This document shows, piece after piece, positions 18,948 to 26,857 of a stretch of 32,000 bases of DNA. The stretch lies in contig JAIZWK010000001.1 of NCBI GenBank assembly GCA_021498095.1, positions 2,100,001-2,132,000 of the forward strand. The letters are read 5' to 3'. Within the stretch, counting starts at the first letter, position 1. Each line of letters begins with the position of its first letter. A program made the translations under genes and the position numbers. The notes under the pieces were generated by a model. The model was not told where the DNA came from and searched no databases. It saw only the letters and a list, made by a program, of their open reading frames with translations. The stretch comes from Candidatus Harpocratesius repetitus. Lineage in GTDB: Archaea; Asgardarchaeota; Lokiarchaeia; Sigyniarchaeales; Promethearchaeaceae.

Positions 18948-19354
18948 AAGGAATAGATACTAATATAATCGTGTATTCTCTGGCAGGAGATTACCCAGAA
19001 CATCTGCAATGCAAAAGATTATTTTTGCAGATTGCCAAAGGTGAACTTTCTGTAGTTTTATCAGGAATTACGATTATGGAAGCATATCATACTTTAGTTT
19101 ATAAAATTAAATATTCCCCACAAGAAGTCAAAAAGCGTCTCATTGCCATAATGAAATCAAAGAATATCAATATTATACAAATTACAAGCAAAACTGTGAG
19201 ATTTGCTTTAGAATTAGCATCTCAATATATAGTGGGAGGCCGTGATGCATTAATTACAGCAAATTATCTCGAATTTGGCTGTAAAGAGATATTTTCTCAT
19301 GATTATGACTTTGATAAAATTCCACTTCTCCGACGAATAGATCCTATTGAATAG
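18944..19354 (+). CDS. vapC: PIN-domain VapC toxin
   Basis: GIDTNIIVY, TIMEAYH, GRDALITA, IFSHDYDFDKI; ATG 18944 overlaps the antitoxin TGA. Confidence 0.88.
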   Translation: MKGIDTNIIVYSLAGDYPEHLQCKRLFLQIAKGELSVVLSGITIMEAYHTLVYKIKYSPQEVKKRLIAIMKSKNINIIQITSKTVRFALELASQYIVGGRDALITANYLEFGCKEIFSHDYDFDKIPLLRRIDPIE

Positions 19355-19394
19355 ATTTTTAACTGCTGATAATGATTTTTTTTTACTGATTGAG

Positions 19395-19420
19395 TTAAAA
19401 GCTATAATTGTAGCTCTTAA
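19395..19420. terminator. Hairpin between convergent genes (possible terminator or processing signal)
   Basis: TTAAAAGCTA-TAATTG-TAGCTCTTAA; 10-bp stem with one G-U pair on the minus-strand RNA. Confidence 0.3.
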
Positions 19421-19575
19421 TTAATATTCACAAGTATTTAATGTGACGAGATGTGCTCGACCTTTGATAGTCTTTTTAATGTCAGCTCATTCAACCGCTT
19501 CACTACCCACATTGGCAGAATTATATGAAGAAAGGAATATAAAAAATTGAGAAAAAACGAGAAAAAAATGAAATC

Positions 19576-21747
19576 TTACATTGAAAATTGAGCTTCAGAT
19601 GCTGTAGCTTCTTCATCTGTCGGTTCAATGGTATAACGAACTTCTACTTCACCATCAGCGGGAATTTCTTCGATCATCCAAATTAATACTTCTCTACCAT
19701 CGAGTTTTTCAGTTTCAGTTGGTTCAATACTTGGATCCTTAACGTCAAATTTTGCTGGGACACGATCACGTAATTCATAATTTTCAACAGCAAATTCTCC
19801 TCTATTTCGGACTTTCAAGACAATCTCATATACATTTTCTGTTCCAGTTGCCAAAACTGATTTTCCACGGAAGATTTTAAGACGTCGGTGAATAACTTCA
19901 ATTTTAACTTCTTCACCTTCTTCTGTAATAACAATTGGTTCACCTCTTGGTAGAGTATTTGCTTTCCAAGTAATAGGTGAAACAAAAGATTCTTCAGGAC
20001 TTAATTGATCGGCAATTATTGGGAAAATAACTTGTAATTCTTGATTTGGTTCAAACATTCCCATTTCTGTATCTTTCAATCCATCCATTTCAATAAACAA
20101 TCTTCGATCTTCTATTTTAATCCAATCAGGATCTAAATCATATTCTTTACCATCCACAGTCAATTTAATTTCTTCTTTTTCAGGCATCTTGAAATGTTCA
20201 GGAACAGTTTGTTCAATCGAAAGATAGTCAAATGGTGTTGCACCGCCGTTGGTTAAGGAGTGTGTGGCTGTAAATGGAACCTCCCTGTATGATTCAATTG
20301 TTTCAATATCATATGAAACTTCAGCATTGAATATGGCTACGGCTAATTCGATATCTTCTATTTGTACAGTTGTTGAAGTAATTGCCTTCAAATCATGAAG
20401 AAGAATGAATTGGGCTGTTTTTTGGTATTTTGGAATTTCACCTTTTGTATCAATCTCCCATGTATTTGACTGCCAGATTCCACCAGCAGATAGGAAAATT
20501 TCGCTATCTTCAGATAATTCAATTAATTCTGGTGCATTGTCCTTCTCCATTTCTTTAACGCTTACTTTCTTTAGTTTTGCTATATATGGACTGAGATTTT
20601 CATACTCTAAAAATCCTATGAATATATCCGGCCGATCTTCTATCTGTTCTTCTGTGGTTGATACCATGTTTTCTCCAGTCGCTTCAAAATTCTCTACTGT
20701 TAACTCTGATAAGGAAGTTGCTGCATCATATTCAATCTCCACCATTCCAGAGCGTACCTTTTCTTCTTTATCAGCAATATGCACTGTCAATGTAAATTCT
20801 AAAGATGCATGAGCATTCGATTCAAGTTTCTCGATTTCCCAAATTAAATGATTATCTTCAGTTCGATGTTCTCCGATAGAAACACTTTTGATATCGACAT
20901 TACTGGCTCCATCAAACAATTCTTTCTTTACCACAATATTCTCAATAGGATATTCTTCTGTATTAGTAAGTTCTAGGTTGAAGTAAACTTCGTTATCTTG
21001 ATCCATATTCAAAGAATATGTAATAGTATTAGGATCATTAATAGTTGAGATATTTTCTTTCAATTTGAGAGAGGGCTCTTTATCTGCTTTGATTTTATAC
21101 TCAATTGGATACTCTTCTTCACCATTCAATTCTTGAATTGAAAATTCTTCATCCAGATTTTCGATGGCTCCATTATGTTTGAATTGACCCGTAATATCCC
21201 AAATTCGTTGATCACTTGCAATATTTTTAAATATAATCTGACCATCACGAGTTAATATTCCATAACCCTCACTAGGTTCTTTGGATTTTTTTTCTTCTTC
21301 CCCATCTTCTGTTTCTTCTTCCCCTGTTTCATCTGTACTCTCTTTTTCATCTGAAAGAAAATTATATTCATATTTTGCAATTATTTTTTCTTGAACATTT
21401 ATTGCAATTCGTTCGCCTTCAACCTCTTCTTCTGAGCTTCCGACTCTTTTTCCTTGTGATGTTTTTGAATTTGTATCTTTTGATTCATATGTTTTTGTAG
21501 GTTCCCCTTTTTTTGCTTCTTCTTGTACTCTTGCAAAATAAGATTCTAACTCGTCTTGATCTTTAGTTTTCTCTTCACGACCAGAATTAATTGCTGATTT
21601 AACTGTTGATTTTGCTCGATCGGATAACATATTTCCTAAAATCTTAAATCGTTCGAAAAATTCATCTGCCGAAATGTTTATGTTGCATTTTATCTTCTTT
21701 TTATTTATTTCGACAGTTCCGTATTTATCTAGATTGTAATTTGGCAT
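19576..21747 (-). CDS. Acidic protein with about five tandem Ig-like beta-sandwich (DUF11/CARDB-like) repeats; no visible signal peptide or TM helix
   Basis: 723 aa, very E/D-rich; recurrent h.h.N....h..h.h...hP ... hW.I..L/I....h.h motif, e.g. LELTNTEEYPIENIVVKKEL..LIWEIEKL and LKVRNRGEFAVENYELRDRVP..LIWMIEEIPADGEVEVRYTI. Confidence 0.6.
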   Translation of the reverse strand: MPNYNLDKYGTVEINKKKIKCNINISADEFFERFKILGNMLSDRAKSTVKSAINSGREEKTKDQDELESYFARVQEEAKKGEPTKTYESKDTNSKTSQGKRVGSSEEEVEGERIAINVQEKIIAKYEYNFLSDEKESTDETGEEETEDGEEEKKSKEPSEGYGILTRDGQIIFKNIASDQRIWDITGQFKHNGAIENLDEEFSIQELNGEEEYPIEYKIKADKEPSLKLKENISTINDPNTITYSLNMDQDNEVYFNLELTNTEEYPIENIVVKKELFDGASNVDIKSVSIGEHRTEDNHLIWEIEKLESNAHASLEFTLTVHIADKEEKVRSGMVEIEYDAATSLSELTVENFEATGENMVSTTEEQIEDRPDIFIGFLEYENLSPYIAKLKKVSVKEMEKDNAPELIELSEDSEIFLSAGGIWQSNTWEIDTKGEIPKYQKTAQFILLHDLKAITSTTVQIEDIELAVAIFNAEVSYDIETIESYREVPFTATHSLTNGGATPFDYLSIEQTVPEHFKMPEKEEIKLTVDGKEYDLDPDWIKIEDRRLFIEMDGLKDTEMGMFEPNQELQVIFPIIADQLSPEESFVSPITWKANTLPRGEPIVITEEGEEVKIEVIHRRLKIFRGKSVLATGTENVYEIVLKVRNRGEFAVENYELRDRVPAKFDVKDPSIEPTETEKLDGREVLIWMIEEIPADGEVEVRYTIEPTDEEATASEAQFSM

Positions 21748-22063
21748 AGTTATGCACGTTTATTCCATTGGTGGAGAAACTTAAAAAACTTCGTCCTTTA
21801 CATTTTTCCGACATAAACTGTGATTTTATTGAATTGATTGACATTATTGTGTATGACTATTTTTTCTAACTAAGCTCATCATTTTGTCTTGAAATACATT
21901 TTTTAAAAAAGTTAATAGATTTTTTTATTTTAATTGATTATATCAAAGAAACAATAGAATCATCAGATATTCAAAAAGTCGCATCTTTTATCTCAAGATT
22001 ACCATTTAAAAGAATTATTTATCCTATTTCATTCAATATCAGTAAAATAATAAAGAAACAGCA

Positions 22064-22165
22064 TGGACTCGGAGGGAATCGAACCCTCGATTTCTTTTGC
22101 ATTCATATCAAGAAATCTGATATGAAGCATGCCAAGCAAGCGATATACCGCTAATCCACGAGCCC
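22064..22165 (-). tRNA. tRNA-Ala(GGC) with a 30-nt intron (22097-22126); CCA not encoded
   Basis: Minus strand: GGGCTCG/CGAGTCC acceptor stem with the G3-U70 Ala determinant, discriminator A, GAGGG-TTCGATT-CCCTC T arm, CTTGC-TT-GGC-AT anticodon arm. Removing 22097-22126 restores the CTTGC/GCAAG stem and a 72-nt tRNA. Confidence 0.95.
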
Positions 22166-22315
22166 ATGAATTATTGTTTTTGTATGAGGAAGAATGTATT
22201 AGAATAATTAAAAATTTTATGAATCAATTCGCTTTACATTTTTGAATATTAAAAAGATGGAACTAATCACCATAGTAATTACAGCTGTATAAAGAGGAAA
22301 TATTTCTTTTTTGGA

Positions 22316-22696
22316 TTATTCTTTCTTCTTTTTACTTTCTTCTCCAATTTTACTTATTTTTTCTTTAGCTTTCCTAATAATCATTTTCTTTGCTTCTTCT
22401 ACTGCGATATCCTTAGCTGTATTTAGAACCATTTTTGTCACTTCACTTTCAGCAATTTCTTTAGCTTTTTTTAAAGCAATCTCTTTATTTTTTTCAAACT
22501 GTGGTTTTACAGTTTCAATTTTTTCTTTCACACTATTTGTTATATTTTGAGTTTTATTTTGAGCTGATTCTTTGACTTTTTCTCCCAAATCGATAGTTTT
22601 TTCTTTTACATTTTCAAGTTTTGGCTTTACTGATTGAAGACTTTCTTTTGCTTTTTTTTCCATTTCTTTTGCTTTTTTATTCAATTTATCAAACAT
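22316..22696 (-). CDS. Small K/E-rich amphipathic helical protein (LEA/apolipoprotein-like pattern)
   Basis: Repetitive AKE/VKEK helical pattern; a GAGGTGA Shine-Dalgarno sequence upstream supports ATG 22696 (MFDKL) over 22708. Confidence 0.7.
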   Translation of the reverse strand: MFDKLNKKAKEMEKKAKESLQSVKPKLENVKEKTIDLGEKVKESAQNKTQNITNSVKEKIETVKPQFEKNKEIALKKAKEIAESEVTKMVLNTAKDIAVEEAKKMIIRKAKEKISKIGEESKKKKE

Positions 22697-22774
22697 CCAA
22701 TTTCTCACCTCTAATTGACAATAATCTTAATACTGTTTAATTATTTGAACTTTTTTAAAAAAAAAATAAAAAAA

Positions 22775-23182
22775 TTAGTTCAATTCTGTTCCGCAATTTG
22801 GGCAAAAGCGTATATTTTGGCTTTCTATCCTATTTCCACAATTTGTACAAAATGAAATTGATAGTGATTTTGTAGTATTATTTATTCCTGAAATACTATT
22901 TTCTGTAAAATTGTTCTTTTCATCATCCTGAATGACAATTTTTTGAGAGGATATTATCTCTCCAACAACTTCATTATTGGGTTTTGACGAAGAGTGGCAG
23001 CACGATGAGCCAGATATTTTTTTAGGCATGGCTACACTTCGAACAAACCAAAGCAGGAAAAGAATACAGAATATGGCAATAAGAATACCTATGATCCAAG
23101 AAAAGTTCCCAAGATCAGCATTCCAATTCATCATGTTTCCTTCTTCTTCCCACATTTCATGATTATTGATATTAAGTTGCAT
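22775..23182 (-). CDS. Single-TM membrane protein with an SCCHS motif and a C-terminal zinc ribbon
   Basis: Hydrophobic WIIGILIAIFCILFLLWFV; C-terminal FCTNCG...FCPNCG; start uncertain. Confidence 0.75.
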   Translation of the reverse strand: MQLNINNHEMWEEEGNMMNWNADLGNFSWIIGILIAIFCILFLLWFVRSVAMPKKISGSSCCHSSSKPNNEVVGEIISSQKIVIQDDEKNNFTENSISGINNTTKSLSISFCTNCGNRIESQNIRFCPNCGTELN

Positions 23183-23326
23183 TTTTTATTTTTACTCCAT
23201 GTGTTTGTAATTTTTGTTTGTTGTTATTAAATATAAAAAAAAGATAGTTTCATTAATTTTCGATAAGTCTAATGAGCGAATTGCTCTTTTATGTAAAGGA
23301 ATGCAAGTATAATCAGATTTTTCACT

Positions 23327-23488
23327 CTAATTTATTTGCATTAGTTTTCCACAGTGGGTTGGGATTGCTTGTGCACCACAATGAGCTCCCATATGACAGA
23401 CTAATTGGTCACCTTCGATGTGCATTGGTTTTCCACAATGTATTGGGACTGGTTGAGTTGCTCCGCAAGTTTGACATTTTAATTCCAT
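23327..23488 (-). CDS. 53-aa Cys/His/Met-rich metal-binding mini-protein, not in the ORF track
   Basis: MELKCQTCGATQPVPIHCGKPMHIEGDQLVCHMGAHCGAQAIPTHCGKLMQIN*; perfect GGAGGTGA (23493-23500) 4 nt before the ATG; internally duplicated HCGKxM; directly downstream of copA on the same strand. Confidence 0.85.
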   Translation of the reverse strand: MELKCQTCGATQPVPIHCGKPMHIEGDQLVCHMGAHCGAQAIPTHCGKLMQIN

Positions 23489-23623
23489 CTTATCACCTCC
23501 AAGAGATTTTATTTGATATTTTTGAACCTTATTTATTTGGTTCAGGTTAAAAAAGTAAAGTTATGTGAAAAAAAAGTTGATTAATTGAAATGAAAAAAGG
23601 AAGATTCAGCGAAATTATGAATT

Positions 23624-26218
23624 TTATTGTGATTTGTTGTAATTTGGCTGGATATTTACTCTTCTTAATAAGTTAGCATTAGAAACCACTGTAATAGAGC
23701 TGGTTGCCATGGCTATTTCTGCAATTATTGGATGAGCAAATCCTAAGATTGCAAACGGTAATGCAAATAGATTGTAAAAGAATGCCCAGAATAGATTTTG
23801 TTTAATTTTTTTGAAGGTTGCTCGAGATAACTTGACTGCGGTGATTACTTTTCCAAGATTTCCAGAAACTAAAGTAATATCTGCAGCTTCAATTGCAATA
23901 TCAGTTCCTGTTCCAATGGCAATTCCAACATTTGCAGCTGATAATGCAGGTGCATCATTGATTCCATCTCCAACCATTGCAACTAGGTTTCCTTCTTTCT
24001 GAAGTTGTTGAATTATTTCTAACTTTTGCTGAGGCATCAATTCTGCATAGACTTTTGATATTCCAACTTTTTTTGCAATAGCATCTGCTGTTCTTTGATT
24101 ATCTCCAGTAAGCATTACTGTTTTAATCCCAAAACTATTCAATTCTTGAATGGCTCGGGGTGAATCTTCTTTAAGATTATCAGCAATTCCCAATATACCT
24201 CCTAATTTATCTCCAATTGCTAACAAAACAACTGTTTTTGCTTCCCTTTCAAGTTGTTCGATTTGTTTACTTTCTTGAAATTTAGTGACGTCAATGTGAT
24301 AATCTTTCATTAATCCAATATTCCCCAGTTTAATTGATATTGAGGGTGATATAGAAGGTGATATAGAAGAATTGCCCGTTAATTCATCGATAGTATCGGA
24401 GGATTTAATATCAGCTACTACTCCTTTTCCTGAGATTGATTTGAAATTTTCTACGCTTAGTAAAGGTATTTTTTTATCTTTTGCTAAAGAAACAATTGCA
24501 AAAGCTAAAGGATGTTCTGAATTATATTCAATAGATGCGGCATATTGAATTACTTTCTTCTCAGAAAATCCAGGTCCGGTGATAATATCAATAACTTCTG
24601 GTTTTCCTTTTGTAATTGTTCCAGTTTTATCAAATATAATTGTATCAATATTCTTTAATGTTTGAATTGCTTCGCCGTTACGAATTAAAACTCCATTTTC
24701 TGCCCCTAACCCACTACCAACCATTAAGGCTGTTGGTGTAGCTAATCCTAAGGCACAAGGACAAGCAATAACAAGAGTTGAAATTAATGAGGCTAATGCT
24801 AATGTAATGATTCCCAAATCTATATTTATCCAAGGTAAAATTGGTTCTCCGATAGCAAGAATGCTTACCATGAATTTTGAGAATAATAGCCAAGCAATTG
24901 CCCCTAAAGTGGCAAGGATTAAAACAATAGGCACGAATACAGCAGTTACATTATCTGCAAATTTTTGAATTGGAACTTTTGATCCTTGAACTTCTTCCAC
25001 CATTTTAATTACTTGTGCTAAAAATGTTTCTTTTCCTACCTTTTCAGCGCGAATTTTAAGCACACCTGTTTGATTTATGGTTGCACCGATTACTTGATCA
25101 TCCTTAGATTTTTTGATAGGTAAAGATTCTCCAGTAGCGATGGATTCATCTACAGAACTGCTTCCTTCAACTACAATTCCATCTGTGGGTATCTTTTCTC
25201 CTGGTCGAACAATCATGATATCTCCTTTGGATATTTCTTCAATTGGAATTTCTCTTTCTATCCCATTTTCAATAATTTTTGCAGTTTTTGCTCCCAATTG
25301 TAGCAGCTTTTTAATAGCTTGTGATGCTTTTCCTTTAGCTTTAGTTTCAATATATCTTCCTGTGAGATGAAATGCCATAATCATGGCTGAAACACCAGAA
25401 TAGTTAAAAACAGGAATAATAAAGCTTAAAGGTCCTGAAAGAAATGCAAAGAATGTTCCTAAGAATATCAACACGTCCATATTTGCACTTTTATGTGAAA
25501 TTGCTTTCCAAGCGGTCCTATATGTATCGAATCCTGCCCAAAATATAACAAAAGCAGCTAAAGTTATTATCGTAATATTATAAACAAGACTACTTGGCCA
25601 CATAATGTTCCAAATCATTTCTAAAAGCATATATATTGTGATTGGAATAGTAAATCCCCAAGAAATTGCGAGTCTTTTTTGAGCCTTTGCATACTTTTCT
25701 AAATCTTTTTTCATTTCAATATCGTATTTTGAAGATTCCGTTTGTGTTTTATCAGATTTCTGAATTATTGCTTTGTATCCTGTATTATTTATTGTTTGAA
25801 TAATCTCATCATATGTAATTAATTCAGGATTGAAAGTTACTGTAGCTTTTTCTGTAGCCAAGTTAACAGAGCTTTCGATAATACCTGTGGTTTTTGTTAA
25901 ACTACGTTCAATGGTTTGTGCACATGAAGCACATGTCATTCCTTCAATAGGAATAATCTCTTTTTTTGTTTCAATTTTAGTGCTATAACCAGTACTATCT
26001 ATTGTTTTTATTATATCATTCAATCCTATCTTTGTCGGATCGAATTTAATATAAGCTTTATCTGTAGCAATGTTTACATTGACTTTCAAAATACCTTCTT
26101 CTTTATTTAGGGCTTTATCAATCGTTTGAGCACACGAAGCACAATGCATGCCTACGATATCTAAAGTAATCGCTTTTTTTGCTTGATTTTGCGGATTAGA
26201 ATTAGTATTAGATGACAT
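23624..26218 (-). CDS. copA: Cu(I)-translocating P1B-type ATPase
   Basis: Two HMA domains (GMHCASC, GMTCASC), TGES, transmembrane CPC ([12 protein letters not shown]), [13 protein letters not shown], and YN and MxxSS copper ligands. Confidence 0.96.
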   Translation of the reverse strand: MSSNTNSNPQNQAKKAITLDIVGMHCASCAQTIDKALNKEEGILKVNVNIATDKAYIKFDPTKIGLNDIIKTIDSTGYSTKIETKKEIIPIEGMTCASCAQTIERSLTKTTGIIESSVNLATEKATVTFNPELITYDEIIQTINNTGYKAIIQKSDKTQTESSKYDIEMKKDLEKYAKAQKRLAISWGFTIPITIYMLLEMIWNIMWPSSLVYNITIITLAAFVIFWAGFDTYRTAWKAISHKSANMDVLIFLGTFFAFLSGPLSFIIPVFNYSGVSAMIMAFHLTGRYIETKAKGKASQAIKKLLQLGAKTAKIIENGIEREIPIEEISKGDIMIVRPGEKIPTDGIVVEGSSSVDESIATGESLPIKKSKDDQVIGATINQTGVLKIRAEKVGKETFLAQVIKMVEEVQGSKVPIQKFADNVTAVFVPIVLILATLGAIAWLLFSKFMVSILAIGEPILPWINIDLGIITLALASLISTLVIACPCALGLATPTALMVGSGLGAENGVLIRNGEAIQTLKNIDTIIFDKTGTITKGKPEVIDIITGPGFSEKKVIQYAASIEYNSEHPLAFAIVSLAKDKKIPLLSVENFKSISGKGVVADIKSSDTIDELTGNSSISPSISPSISIKLGNIGLMKDYHIDVTKFQESKQIEQLEREAKTVVLLAIGDKLGGILGIADNLKEDSPRAIQELNSFGIKTVMLTGDNQRTADAIAKKVGISKVYAELMPQQKLEIIQQLQKEGNLVAMVGDGINDAPALSAANVGIAIGTGTDIAIEAADITLVSGNLGKVITAVKLSRATFKKIKQNLFWAFFYNLFALPFAILGFAHPIIAEIAMATSSITVVSNANLLRRVNIQPNYNKSQ
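24335..24370 (-). repeat. 12-bp in-frame tandem repeat x3 (S-I-S-P) inserted in the CopA nucleotide-binding domain
   Basis: Plus strand tgatattgaggg tgatatagaagg tgatatagaaga. Confidence 0.8.
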
Positions 26219-26228
26219 TAAATAAAAT

Positions 26229-26240
26229 AAGATATATCTT
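26229..26240. promoter_or_regulatory. Candidate operator palindrome upstream of copA
   Basis: Perfect 12-bp AAGATATATCTT 10 nt upstream of the copA ATG; related AAATATATTT at 26321-26330. Confidence 0.3.
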
Positions 26241-26342
26241 TTTGAAATATATTCTCATTATTAAATATAAAGAAAAGGTCTTATTTGAATTTGGAAAAAG
26301 TAAATATGTATATTTTTTGAAAATATATTTGCATTAAGCTTA

Positions 26343-26822
26343 TTGGAGAAATCAGCTATATATTATTTAATGTCAATAAATGAAAAATCCCTTTTATCTG
26401 ACTTTACTCGTTTTTATTTACTTGTTTTATTATATGAAAATCCAAATCACGGATATGGATTGCGGGTAAAATTTGAAGAAAGATTGGGCAAAAACATTAG
26501 TTTTTCTTTAATATACCCTTTTCTAAGCAAGTTGGAAGCAAAAGGATATGTTTCTATTGAGAGAAAATTAATCGGTCATAAAGAAAAAAAAATATATCAT
26601 TTGACAGAAGCAGGAAAAAAATTCGCTGAGAATATGTTTCAGCGATTTTCAGGAATAATTGACACTGCAATTGAGTCTAATATCCAAATTTGTGCTGGAT
26701 GTGGAATAAAACTATATCAAAACTCTTATCAAGAAATCATTAATGGAAAAAAATATTCATTTTGTTGTCGACATTGTGCTGCTGCTTTTAAAAATAATGA
26801 GGTACATAAACACAACCATTAA
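26343..26822 (+). CDS. PadR-family winged-helix regulator with a C-terminal TRASH/YHS metal-binding domain; start probably ATG 26370
   Basis: HGYGL..., LIYPFLSKLEAKGYV, KKIYHLTEAGK; C-terminal CAGCG...YSFCCRHC and an HKHNH tail; divergent from copA. Confidence 0.88.
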   Translation: MEKSAIYYLMSINEKSLLSDFTRFYLLVLLYENPNHGYGLRVKFEERLGKNISFSLIYPFLSKLEAKGYVSIERKLIGHKEKKIYHLTEAGKKFAENMFQRFSGIIDTAIESNIQICAGCGIKLYQNSYQEIINGKKYSFCCRHCAAAFKNNEVHKHNH

Positions 26823-26857
26823 TTTGGACAAAAATCAATTGGAATTTGGTGAATCGA

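Noticed and set aside
19441-19520. SECIS element (AUGA...AAAAA...GA on the minus strand)
   Set aside because: Helix II pairs poorly, and the flanking genes end in TAA/TAG with no candidate in-frame UGA.
18149-19575. Mobile element around vapBC
   Set aside because: No transposase, integrase, terminal inverted repeats or target-site duplication could be identified.
22099-22129. Canonical 37/38 intron placement
   Set aside because: It leaves a C27-A43 mismatch and a 7-nt variable loop, and forms no BHB central helix.
23272-23550. 92-aa plus-strand ORF
   Set aside because: Shadow of the better-supported minus-strand mini-protein, which has a perfect SD.
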